Source of the DNA: Hydrolagus colliei
Lineage: Eukaryota
Direction: 5' to 3'
NCBI GenBank assembly: GCA_035084275.1
Contig: CM068742.1
Span: 72,912,001 to 72,976,000, forward strand
DNA length: 64,000 bases
Below, in pieces: positions 51,928-64,000 of this stretch. The notes below the pieces were generated by a model. That model did not search any database, was not told the origin of the DNA, and saw only the letters and a list, made by a program, of their open reading frames with translations. The position numbers and the translations under genes were made by a program. Within the stretch, counting starts at the first letter, position 1, and each line of letters opens with the position of its first letter.

Positions 51928-52545
51928 AGGAAGGCAAGTCTCCATTGCCATAGGATGACAGGGGCAAATGCTCGGGGGATCTGAGCTTCACAGGACACAA
52001 TGAGGATTTGTTTACATAGGTAACCACAGTTCACAGTCAAATGCAACAAATCTTTCGGGAGAAAAGGAAGGATCAGAGGCTACAGATTCAAAGAAACTCT
52101 GCTTTCCTCACTGCAGATTTCTCATCCTTAAAACCAAACTCAGGGCGGGGGTGTGTGGGAGGGGGTGGAGGGGAGGTGGGTAGACTTGGCAAAAGCATCT
52201 TTAGAGAAACTGAAGTCCTTAATCCTCCAACTCCTCTGCTTTGCAAGATGGAAGGTGAATTAGATATCATAACAATTGAATAAAAAAAACTAATTGCTGC
52301 CACACGGCTAGATCCTGTCAACCCAAACAGCACCTGCGGACATTAAGATACAGCTGCCTGCAGTTTTAAAAGATGCAAACATTTCCTAAACAGAACACAA
52401 CCTGTGAATTACAATGTTTCCTTGTCCAGCTCTGTGTTCAGCTAACAGAAGGAAAATGTTGCCAAATGCTCAGGCAATGTGCCTACAATCCACAGGTAAA
52501 CTGGTCTACGACCCTGTAATATAATAATAATTCTTGCATTTCGTA

Positions 52546-52825
52546 AATAAATAATAATAATACTTGCATTTGATTTAGCGCTTTTCATTCTTCTAGACAT
52601 CTCAAAGCGTTTCACAGAATATATTGTAAAGTGAATTGACTGTGTATATGTGGGCGAAATGCGGCAGCCACAAACAGTGGTGGATTAAAATGACAAATTT
52701 ATTATTGTCCTTTTTTGAGGGATTATAATAGGCGCGTGGAGTAAGCAAACTTGCTCAGGGTGTGGAATCAAACTCAGATCTCTCCCTTGCAAGGCGAGTG
52801 CTCTAACCACTGAGCTACAGGACTC
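52546..52825 (-). mobile_element. tRNA-derived SINE
   Basis: Reverse complement of the family sequence, ending gagctacaggactcc. Further partial copies at ~3055-3231, 13642-13764, 23158-23256, 33040-33226, 44140-44340, 46360-46471, 57075-57290, 62930-63021 and 63593-63730. Confidence 0.88.
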
Positions 52826-52876
52826 CTTTCATGTTGGGAAAACAGCCCAAAGCGCTTCACAGGATTTACTGTGTAG

Positions 52877-54051
52877 TAGGGTCAGTCGATATGGAAATTT
52901 CCGATTTAGATATATCGATCGGCTCATATCGAGATATACCAAAATATCGATATTTTCGGGTTTTTCATACTGCGCATGCGCGCGCGGCCCGCGCATTCCG
53001 GGTGCGCGCGCATTCCGGGCCTATCTCCTCAGGAGGTAAATATCTTTCTCTCTCTGTGTCTCTCACTCTCTCCATCGCTGTGTTTTTCTGTCTGTGTCTC
53101 TGTGTCTCTCTCACATCCCCTCCATCTCTATCTATCTGTAGATTATCACCTCCACCCCGTCTCTCCCCCCACACCCCCCATCGTCTCTCTCCCTCCCCCC
53201 CCGTCACTCTCCCACCAGCCCCCCCCCCCACCGTCCCTCTCCCCCCCACCCTCCCCAGCCGTCTCTCTCCCACCCCACACCCCCCCCAGCCGTCTCTCTC
53301 TCCCCACCCACACACACCCCCAGCCATCTCTCTCCCCCCCCCACCCACCCCAGCCGTCTCTCTCCCTCCCACCCCCCCAGCCGTCTCTCTCACCCCCCAC
53401 CCCGCCACCAGCCGTCTCTCTCCCTCCCCACACCCACCCCCAGCCATCTCTCTCCCTCCCACCCACCCCAGCCATCTCTCTCCCTCCCACCCCACCCCAG
53501 CCGTCTCTCTCCCCCCCAACACCCCCCAGCCATCTCTCTCCACCCCCACCCACCACCCCCCCCCCCAGCCATCTCTCTCCCCCCCCACACACCCCCAGCC
53601 GTCTCTCTCCCCCCCACCCCCCACCAGCTATCTCTCTCATCCCCACGCCCCCACCAGCCGTCTCTCTCCCCCTCCACCCCCCACCAGCCATCTCTCTCCC
53701 CACCCCACCCCCCCCACCAGCCATCTGTCTCCCCCCCACCTCCCCCAGCCGTCTCTCTCCCCCCCACCCCACCCCCCAGCTGTCTCACTCCCCCCCCCAC
53801 CCCTTGCATACCTGTATATTGTATTCTAGGACTATGAATACAATATGGCGGCTTTGCACCTCGGTCTGTGCATTGTGTATAGAGATGAGCATTCTGGGTC
53901 TTGTAGTTCAGTGTGCGCGCATTCCGATTTTTTACCTCGATATATAGATTTTTCGATATATCGATATTTTTGAAATGGTGGCATATATCGGCATATCGAT
54001 ATGAAAATTATATCGGGTGTTAGCGATATATCGATATATAGCCGGACCCTA
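52877..54051. mobile_element. hAT-like MITE with internal C-rich minisatellite
   Basis: Imperfect TIRs tagggtcagtcgatat / tagggtccggctatat (reverse complement). Partial TSD (ctgtgtag / ctgtgctc). Left end is homologous to the 1479-1643 element; many CGATAT/ATATCG sub-terminal repeats. Confidence 0.85.
53140..53800 (+). repeat. C-rich minisatellite (core ccagccRtctctctcccc)
   Basis: Roughly two dozen imperfect ~25-35-nt units. These generate the Pro-rich and Gly-rich spurious ORFs in the track. Confidence 0.95.
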
Positions 54052-54119
54052 CTGTGCTCTGAGATGAATGTTGTTGTTGAGAGAATGTGTATATATGGGT
54101 GAGTAAGGCAGCCAATTTG

Positions 54120-55985
54120 AACATAAGAACATAAGAATTAGGAGCAGGAGTAGGCCATTTAGCCCCTTGAGTCTGTCCCCCCCCATTCAATAAGATCATG
54201 GCTGATCTTCTAATCTAGTTCCACATACCCGCCTGATCCCTATATCCCTTAAATCCTTTATCCACAAGAAATCTATCAATCTCAGCCTTGAATATATTCA
54301 AGGACTGAGCATCTACAGCCCTTCGGGGTAGTGAATTACCCCCTGAGTGAAGAAGTTTTTCCCCAATCAGTGCAATAGGACTGACACCTAATTTCTCCAA
54401 CCAGGGGAAACAGTCTCCCACTATCTGCTCTGTCGTGCCCCTTAATAATCTTATAGGTTTCTATAAGATCATCTCTGATTCTTCAATTTTCTAGAGAATA
54501 TAGGCCTAGATTGCTCAACCTATCTTCTTAGCTCATCCCCCTCATCCCAGGTACCAACCTAGTAAATCTACATTGTACTCCTTCCAAGTCGAGTACATCC
54601 TTTCTTACATAAGACCAAAACTGCACACAATATTCTAGGTGTGGTCTCACCAGGGCCCTATACAGTTGCAGCAAGACTTCCCTACTCTTATATTCGAAAC
54701 CTTTTGTAATGAACGCCAACATACCATTAGCCTTCCTAATTGCTTGATGTACCTGCAAACTAACTTTTTGTGACTGGTGTATAAGGACACCCAAGTCCCT
54801 CTGAACTCTAACACTATCTAGTCTCTCCCCTTCTAAAAAATCATCTTCTCTACTGTTTTTATCACCTAGGTTGATGACTTCACACTTCCCTACATTATAC
54901 TTCATCTGCCACCTACTTGCCTACTCACCTAGCCTATCTATATCGCGATGCATTTTTTTATGTCATCGTCGGTGTCATACCCTCCCTCCTAGTTTAGTGT
55001 TATCCTCAAATTTGGATATTTTAAGTTTGATGTACTCATCTAGATCTTTGATGTAGATTGTAGATAGCTGAGGCCCAAGCACTGATCCTTGTGGCACTCC
55101 ATTAGACACATCCTGCCAATCTGAGAAGGACCCATTTATCCCTACTCTTTGTTTTCTTCCCGTTAGCCATTCTTCAATCCATGGTAATATATTCCCCTTA
55201 ATTCCATGGGCCCTTATCTTGTGGATCAACATTTTATGTGGCACCTTATCGAATGCCTTTTGGAAATCTAAATACACTACATCTACTGATTCCCCCCTAT
55301 ATAATCTACTTGATATGTCCTCAAAAATATCTAAAAGATTTGTTGCATGATTTCCCTTTTGTGCCTAATTATATTGTGATCCTCTAAGTACCCCACTACG
55401 ACATCTTTAATTAAGGATTTTAGAATGTTCCTTTCCACTGATGTCAGACTAACTGGTCTATAGTTCCCTATCTTTTCTCTCCCACCCTTCTTAAATAATG
55501 GTGTGACGTTTGCGATCTTCCAATCAATGGTAACTGTTCCAGAATCCAAGGAATTTTGGAAGATCAACCACAAGGCCTGCACTATCTCATGAGCCACCTC
55601 TTTTAAAACCCTGGGATGTAAACCATCAGGTCCAGGGGACTTGTCACTTTTTAATGCCAACAATGTCCCTAGCACCAATTGTTTGCTAATGTAAATTTCC
55701 CTAAGTTGCTCCCTATCATTAGCCGCTTGGTTCATCTCTATTTTTGTAAACTTTTTGTGTCTTCTAACGTGCAGACAGAAGCAAAGTATTTATTCAGGGT
55801 CTCTGCCATATTCTTATCCCCCATTATAATTCCTCCTGTTTCTGCCTGTAATGGACCCACATTTATTTTTGCTAGCCTATTCCTCTTAATGTATTTATAA
55901 AAACTCATACAATCTGACTTAATGTTCCTAGATAGCTTGCCCTCGTAATCCATTTGCTCGCTCTTATGAGCTTTTTGGTTTTTGC
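54120..55985 (-). mobile_element. CR1 LINE, 5'-truncated and degenerate
   Basis: ORF2 fragments [58 protein letters not shown] (mutated FADD) and LVRPHLEYCVQFW. CR1-type octamer tail aacataagaacataagaa at 54120. Confidence 0.95.
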
Positions 55986-57837
55986 GCACAACAATGTCCC
56001 GGAAACAGCCATGAAGTGAGTGACCAAGTTTTTATTTTATTTTGGAGAATCATTGGCCAGGACACCAGGAGAAACTCCTTTCTCTTTTTGAATAGTGCCA
56101 TGGGATCTTTAACGTCCACTTGAACAGGCAGAGACCTAAGTTTAACATCTCACCTGAAGGACAGCACCCTCTGACAATGTGACACACCTCAGTCTCCTGA
56201 GTGTCATCTTAGAATATACAAGTTCAAGTCCCGACTTGGAGCTTGTACCCATAACCTCTGTCTCTGGAGGTGAAACTATTACACAAATGACACACAAATG
56301 ATAATTTGCCAAATGTATTGAGATGAATATTAGGCATTGTTTCACATACGCTTCATAAGAGTTTTAGGTATGCAAAACCCGCTATCTGGTCACCTGAGAA
56401 ACAAGCTGGGGGGGAAATATTTTCTCATAAACAATCCTCTACACAGACTGGGCGAAGAATTTGTGCATAACTCTCAGCATGTTTGAGTGGGCGAGCAGTT
56501 GATTGACGATGAAAGGGAAAATGCCATTAGTGCCTGGAGAGAATTGATGTATGTGGTGGTTGACTTCTAATCCACTAATGTTAGGAATGGAGCCAAACTA
56601 TATATAGGCTAACTTTATCTCTAAATAGAGGAAATAACCTGAGATTAATATAATTTTTGTATTAGGAATAAAGGTTTTGAATTCTATAGGTACATTAAGT
56701 TGTTTTCATCTGAAATTAAAACCTACTTATCAAAAGCAACGATGAAACACTTCATCTTCATCTAGGGGGCTACCAAAGGTTTCTCAATATGTCTCTAGGG
56801 TGATGTGCTGAACTGGATTTTTAATATCCTAAATTGTCAATTAAATGCCAATGATAACCTGGCCTAGAGAGCATAAACTTGACCCTCACCATCAGGGCGC
56901 TTTTTTAATACAGTTGTAGAATGATAACAGGATTATCCTTTAGGAAGTTTAATGTGAAGAGTCCTTCCGTTAAGAGAGATCATCATTTCCTCCTTCAGGT
57001 CAAAGAATAAATCTGGAATCCCAAATATGGTTCACATGGCTGCAGCAATCGCTGCAGCACTAAGTACACTCAGTAAGTCCTGTAACTAAATGGCTAAAGC
57101 ATTCCCCTCGCAAGTGAGTTCGATTCCTGACATGGCAAAACCTTGGGCATGCTTCCTTTCTCTACACGCCTGATAATATTCCCTCAAGAAAAAGAAACAA
57201 TAATAAATTGGTCACTTTAAACCAGACTGTTTTGAGGACATTGCTGCCGCATCTCACCTACAACATAAACAGTCAATTCACTTTACATATATTTAGCAGA
57301 CTAAATTGCAGACTAAACCAACACCATTTTGTCCAGTTTAGCCTATACCTGGACTGCCTGCTTTTTCATAGAGTCAATTCTATTGATAAATATGAAGATT
57401 GTGTGATCAGAAACTCACCTGTGTTGTGTAGAAAACATATAAGAGTTCTTAACAGAATGTATTTTTGCACTTTATATGCACATGACAAAATTCATGCCAG
57501 CAATTCCCTTTTGGCCATTTGTGAAGGGAGAAGTGGTTCTATCTAGAAAAATGAACTTATTTTTACAGTTTCTATAATAATAATCCTTGCGTTTGATTTA
57601 GCGCTTTATCATGTCATTGAGATAAACTTTAAATATTACATTAATTACATTGAAGCATTTCCACCCACTTCACAGGTCATTAGTGTTTAGCACAGTACCT
57701 GTATTTCTAGGTTGTTGACGGATTTCTAAGTTGTTGAGGGATTTCATAGCAGTGAAAGTCTCACCCATGATTATCTATGCTGAAAAATTGTTACACAAGC
57801 GCAACAATTGGAGTCAGTAATAAACCTTGGCCTATGG

Positions 57838-58035
57838 CAACAACAACAACAACATTGATTTATATAGGGCCCTCCACGCCAGACGGCATCTCAGAGCGCT
57901 TCAAATCGCGGATCCCAGGGCCGAGCCAGGGGCAGGGGTAGAAAGGTGACCGAAGGCATGGTCGAAGAGAAAGGTCTTCAGCTGGGACATGAAACTGAGA
58001 AAAGAGGGGGAAGAGGTGAAGGTAGTGAGGAAGGC
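57838..58035 (-). mobile_element. L2 3' end fragment
   Basis: (CAA)n tail on the + strand plus the reverse complement of the L2 3' end seen at 6560-6710. Confidence 0.8.
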
Positions 58036-61000
58036 AACCCACACTCTCTTTGTCCTGATCTCCACACTCAATCGTCTATCTGAAGCCTAACAAAATTGTT
58101 GTTTTCTCTCACAAGCAGGAGACCATGTGTTAAAGCTGTTGATGCAATTAACTGCGGAACTGATTAGCTGCATATTCCTAATGCTAGGAATGTTATACAT
58201 AGGGTAATGAATAGGCAGGAAGTCAGAAACACAATTGAATACTTCAGCAGACATCATAAACCACAAGTGGCTCCAGAGACTCCCTTACAAAAACAACTAC
58301 AAATTTAACTATACTAGAATTTTGACAGATGATTAGCAAACAAATGCTACGCTTTTGGGGGGATCTTAGGTAGTGTGCTCAGTCCTCATGGCTATGATGT
58401 AGCCTTCATACCAATAGCATAGAGAAACAACCAAGTATGATAACATAACTGCAGCAAACAATGGGTTTTAAACACAGATTGAAATTCACTTAGCTCCCAC
58501 TTGCTTACTGGATAAACAGGAACTTTGTGTTGTGACTAGCAGTGTGAGAGTTAACCTTCCACTGAACTGCTTCTGTGCCACTGGTACCTTGGATGAAAAA
58601 GGAGCGGAGGGAAGAGAAAAGCGATTGTGAAATAAAACATAGCTTTTATAGGATAGTACTAGAATTGCCTTCTATACCCATACAGGCATATGTGACCGAG
58701 GCACATTGCCTGGATCACTCAGCCTGCGTTCAGTCCACCCACGTGAAGTGACCTAGCTCAGTCAGAATAATTACTGCTTCCTACCTATACAGAATGAAGA
58801 AGCTAAATCAGTCTGTGTGAGAGTCACGCTCACCTCTCATAAGTCTGTTCTCTCATCCTTGATTACGTCAAACACAACCCACTCTCCATTTTAATGCACC
58901 CTATACACTGGTGACAGGTAATAGCAGACAGCAATGTATATTTCAGTTTCCTAATAAAGGTCCCGATGTTTGAAGCAAAACCAAATAAAATTATAGTGCC
59001 CACACAGCAGAGTGACATTAAGGATTTTTAAAAAATATTTATTTGTTTTCTGCAAATAAAGTAGAGCAGAGACCTTTCTCACTCTGTACATTTTATTTCA
59101 TCCTGCGTCAAGGCCGCTTCTTTCTGTGTTAAACTAAAACCACATCTAAAGGCTATAGTTAGCATAAAACCTTCTAGTTGCCATGGATGCAATCCACCAG
59201 ACAGGGCTGCTCAATATTCGCTCTAATCAAGAGGTTTTGCCTTGTTTAAATGGTTCGGAATTGTGTGGTGCAATCCAGATTTTGTTTACGGGTGGCAGGG
59301 GTGGGTGTTGTTGGGTTTAACGAAAGGCAAACTGAGGTATTTGCGAATCACCGATGTATTGCACGGTGTTGGATCCTTGGATCTAAACATGATGATGAAA
59401 ACCAAAAGGGGAGCAGTTGATTGCGTTATGCTCCTGAGCCAAGTCGACAGAGGAGCTGAGCACAAGCAACGGCATGTGTGCACTGTCTCCTGTTCCATGA
59501 TGTTATTTTTATCTGGTTTCCTATGCAGACTGATTGTTTCAGATAGCTGCATTACACCGCCCCGAACAATGGACAAGCCTGTTCTTTATAAACAGGAAAT
59601 ATTGTCAAAACAAATGCAACACAGTGTAGGCCTCAACACAGCAGTGTTGTTCCTTTCAATACTAGCCTCCTTTTTCGTGCTTCAAGAGTTCGTTATTCAT
59701 TTCTGGTATTTCTTGCAGCTTGGGAGGTTTAAATTGCTGTTTGCTCAGGCTACTTACTTTTAGGCTGCCCATGTGTGGAATTTTTATAAATACATTTGTA
59801 TTTATAAAGTAGAAAATAGTTCATCTCCCCACAACCCCCTCCCACCCCACCACCACCCCCCATCACAATCAAACAATCCATTCCCACTGTCACAGTAATA
59901 ATAATACTTTTGATATAACACCTCAGCACTTGAAATATCTCAAAGCTTCTTGGATTACTTTGAAGTGCAGTGGCTGTTGATATGCAGGGAAATGTAGCAG
60001 CTAATCTGCCCCAGCAACGCACTGCAAACAGAGATGAATGAAAAATTAATCTGTCTTCTTGGGCAGATGCCTGGGAGCTTGTCGGGTGCTGAATGTTCCA
60101 GTGATACAGAATAGGGAAAATCCTCTCTTTTGGGACCACCTTACCTCTTCAAAATAGGTAGCACAAATACTGCGAATCGGGTCTAATTAACAGTATTTCC
60201 TAAAGAGGGAGAAATTCTGTGTTGTCACAAATGGCGATTGCTTTCAGTAATCATGAACACAGTGATCTCGTCAATGTACAGGAACTCTTTCTGATGTGAT
60301 CAGCCAGCTGTCTGACACCCACGTACACCCATTGCCATGCTTAAGAGTATCCGAACCAACCTACTGAGAGTTACATTTATGTTTGGAAATTTCCCCTAGC
60401 ACTCTCTCCTTGGAGGGACACATTCTGTTCACCTAATTCCAGAAAGTATTAGGCAGTATTAGACTGGCAGGAGACAAGCTGGGGACCCCAGAGTATGTAT
60501 TGATATGCTAAATCCTTTAACAAGCAATCCTGTTAAAAATACTGCGTGTTAAAAATAATAGTGTTGAGGCTATTTCTGGGATGCCATGCCAGGCTTATGA
60601 AGTCTGCCCTTCATGTACACAGTCAAGGTGTCTTTGTGTCGATCGACTGAGTTTTTTTTAATAAAGACTCACATTTTTTTTCTGAAAAAGGAGTGCCATT
60701 GGTGAGGATCTAGTGAAGAACCAAACTCGACTGGTTGGGATTTTATCTAAAGAGGAAAATGTACATTTGTCTACCGTGTTTTGCACACAAAATACAGTCA
60801 ATCCACTTTACAATAAATTATATGAAACGCTTTGATGCGTCTCAACTACGTGATAAAGCGCCATTTGTCTGTCTTTGGTATAGATTAGAAGAAGGTGGAA
60901 TGAGCCTCCTTTCTGGTACCTCCAAGAAGTCACTTGCGTGTTTTGTTGGCTGGCAACAACGTCTTTAAAAATAGGTTTCATATAGTCTACATGGTTACAC

Positions 61001-61326
61001 TGTTGAAATAACAGGAATTTATCAAGTAAGCAGAAGAAAATCTATAAAACATGTGTCACATTTACAATCCATTTACAGCTTTCAACCAGTCTACTGTATC
61101 ATCATGTGCTGAAATTCATGTGCAGAGACTCTGAAGAAATATTGAAACCTTTTGTAAAAAGCTGAAGACTGGTTTCCAGGCGCGATTAATGCACATTTCT
61201 TTCAGTTAGCAATGTGGCAACATTCCACACAGGTAAAATTCCAAATAAATTTATATGCTTGCTAGAAATTTTCAATTTATCAAACTGTCCATCTGAATTT
61301 TCTAATTATCTATCACTGTGCACAAA

Positions 61327-61553
61327 AGTCACGCGAACACTCAGCAGGTCAGGCAGCATCTGTGGAGAAAAGAAAGTGAGTCAACTTTTCGGGTCCACGA
61401 CCCTTCGTCAGACCCTTTGAGTTCTGCCAAAGGGATGTGGACCCAAAACGTTGACTCACTTTCCCTTCTCCATAGATACTGATTGACCTGCTGAGTGTTC
61501 CTAGCGACTTCTGTTTTTGTTTCAGACTTTCAGCATCAGCAGTATTTTGTATT
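61327..61553. mobile_element. Fold-back (inverted dimer) Penelope-derived element with two opposed hammerhead cores
   Basis: Arms inverted about ~61417. 11-bp direct repeat ctgtgcacaaa at 61316-61326 and 61554-61564. CTGACGA..GAAA core on the minus strand at 61411-61387. Confidence 0.7.
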
Positions 61554-62419
61554 CTGTGCACAAAGTGGTTGCCAAATTTTCCTGCAAAATACAGTCACAC
61601 AACTTGCCGTTCATATAAAGCCCTTCCTGCAGGGCAGCATCTCGGACAACATTTTACAGTAAATCGTGTGAAGTACTTTGAAATACTGTACAAGGATTCT
61701 AATAATTATTATCTATGTTCATTTCTGGATGCTGGTTCTGGATTTAAGCTGTTTTTCAATGTGTGATGATAGGAGCAGTAATAGTGTGTAAGAGGAGAAA
61801 TGGGAAGCCAATTTGGCGAGTAACATTTGTGGAGAAACACCTTATTGCGTTAAAATGTTTCAAAAGTCATTGTCAATGCAGTTACTGCATTTTATAGGCA
61901 AGCACTGAAGGCCTATATGCACAGGGAGGTCCCACAGACAGCAATGAGGTTCCTATTAATGTGGAGAATTACTGGTGAGAAAACGGCAGAGAAAATCGCT
62001 TCTCTTTCCAAACAGTGTCATGAGTTCATTAACATCCACCTGATGCAGGAGCAATGGGAAGTCATTTTACATTTGGCTGCTTCCCAAAAGAGCAACCAAC
62101 AATTATGTGAGTAAAAGGCAGCTCAGTGTACTCCATTGCTCTTCCTATACTTTTTTCTGAACCATTGAAGCCTCTTAATGCTTGCTGAAGTGAATGGTAG
62201 GAGTTAGAGCCCTCATACATCTGTCTTCCATTCAGGTGTGTATTGTAGCCTTGCCGTACCAAATTCATCACACAAATCTCCAACCACTAACCCACTTCAT
62301 TGCCTGTTGGCGTCCCCATGGAGAAGTGATTCATGTACTTGATCTTCTGTTCTTTGATAAATCACTAAATTTAATTCATTGAAACCCCTCCCCCCAAAAT
62401 AAATGACTAAATAAATTAG

Positions 62420-62815
62420 TTCAATTCAAGATCCTCGCCATGACATTTAAATCCTTCCATGGCCTCACCCCGCAACATGCCTGCGGCCTCCTATAACCTG
62501 ACTGCCCTGACCACTCCCTTCACTCAATGAACAGGACCCACTACATCTCTGCTGTATATCTACTCCACCATCGGCGGGCAGGCTTTCAGCCATTCTGCCC
62601 CTGTCCTCTGCAAGTCCATCCTGGAGTCCTTCAAACTCGCACACTCCCTTCCCCACCACTTTCAAAGCACACCTCAAAATGTTCCTCTTTGGTCAGACTT
62701 CCCATCTGCAGCTACCCACCCTATTCAACTCACAGCTCTCCACCCCCACAACACACACCAGCCATGTGTATAGTGTATTGAGACATCCTCATGAAGTGAA
62801 AGGAGCTTTATACAG
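62420..62815 (+). mobile_element. L2 3' end fragment
   Basis: ttcaagatcctc...tttaaatccttccatggcctc...ccaccatcggcgggcaggctttcagcc, matching 41050-41450. Confidence 0.8.
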
Positions 62816-63805
62816 TATATGTGAATTGTATTGTATCCAAGACCGTTCCAGTGATGTGGCACATTATGAGCCTCCCACTCCAGCCTGCATAGCCCCACAC
62901 AGAGGATATGAAAGAATATCTTCCATTACGGTCAATTCACTTTACAGTATATTCTGTGAAGGGCTTCTAGACGTCTAGAAGACATGAAAAGTGCTATATC
63001 AAATGGAAGGATTATTATTATGACGCTGTATATATTTGACTATGAAAAGTCACCATGTTTTTTTGCCTTTCCTTACATTCTTTAAGTCTGGAACTGAGTT
63101 TAAAAAGTGTGTTTTCTTTGGCAATACAGAGGTGATGTATAAATGACAGTTAAATTTAAAAAAAACTAGATGAGAAGAGAGAATTATGTGAGTTTGGACA
63201 GGAAAATTAGATTATCCAGGAAATTTTGAAGCTGTTTTAATCATTAATTGTGAATGGAGGTTTTAAAGTGCATTCTGGATTTGACTAAAAATAGCATCAC
63301 GTGAGAAGATATTTAAGGGTCTAGTGTTATTCAACAGGCGCAGTTGTATCTCCTCTAGTTTGCACATCCTTCCTGCTTCCCTTCTCTCAAGGAGACAACA
63401 GTGTTACTGTTTAAGTACAGTATGGCAGATGTGCAACTAATGACAAAATTGTATCAGCCACCGTTTTAATATGTTAAGCAAATAAGGAGATAAACTCTCT
63501 GCATTGAATGAGACTGCACAGTTTGGTTGCTTAAAGGGCCCATGTCGTCATGGTAACATTGTGTTGCATGGTTTACATGGAGCAAAGGCTGCAATAATAA
63601 TAATAATAATCCTTGCATTTGATATAGCGCCTCATCACGCCTTTGAGACACATACCATAAAGTGACCTGACTGTGTATTTTGTGGGCCCTGCAGTGTCCC
63701 ACAATCAGTTGTGAATTGAGTGACCACATTTTTGCCAATCACAAGGCAAACAACAGAGAAATGATACTGTTTGTTCCCGCACATTTGAGGCTTACAAATC
63801 TTTTA

Positions 63806-64000
63806 CAGTAAAAGCCCGTTTATCTGTGACCCAATCAACCGTAACTTCCGTATAACCGGCACCTCAAAAAAAAGGTCCCCATTCAATTAACCGGATCTTA
63901 TCAGGTACAATCGCAGTGGCGCATTTTTTTCCCCTCGTATCGGTATTTCGGAATGCTGCTACTAGTGCCTGAAGGTGGAGCTACTATTTTTTTCCCTTGC
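63806..64000 (-). mobile_element. Second Tigger-family copy, running off the right edge
   Basis: ta|cagtaaaagcccgtttatc...ttccgtataaccggcacc...gtccccatt is the reverse complement of the right end of 45558-46221. Confidence 0.8.

Noticed and set aside
52831-53947. Long Pro-rich and Gly-rich ORFs (up to 332 aa)
   Set aside because: Translations of a C-rich minisatellite inside a MITE; open in many frames on both strands because of low complexity.
59242-59763. 173-aa ORF
   Set aside because: TTG start, no recognisable domain and no convincing splice context.

Overview
Eukaryotic, repeat-rich vertebrate DNA. The repeat repertoire suggests a cartilaginous fish, probably a chimaera/elephant-shark-type genome (inference). 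The only host gene I can support is GATB (PET112, mitochondrial glutamyl-tRNA(Gln) amidotransferase subunit B) on the minus strand. I reconstructed coding exons 1-7 by hand (15616 down to 1813; 914 nt, phases all compatible, all introns GT-AG); the gene runs off the left edge. Its CpG-rich promoter at about 15.5-15.8 kb has two opposed ZNF143/SBS-type motifs, an NRF1-like site and an E-box. The remaining ~48 kb is intergenic, with L2, CR1 and Tx1/L1 LINE fragments, at least two tRNA-derived SINE families, hAT, Tc2/pogo and Tigger non-autonomous DNA transposons, and Penelope-derived repeats carrying hammerhead ribozyme cores. There is a 509-nt N gap. Most ORFs in the supplied track are spurious or TE-derived. 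I found no convincing new multi-gene system. The most notable oddities are a TSD-flanked fold-back element with two opposed hammerhead cores (61.3 kb), an isolated hairpin that pairs fully only on the minus strand (51.9 kb), a Tx1 element inserted into a SINE with a ~135-bp duplication, an exact 43-nt copy of sequence 6 kb away fused to a SINE head, and several nested insertions.
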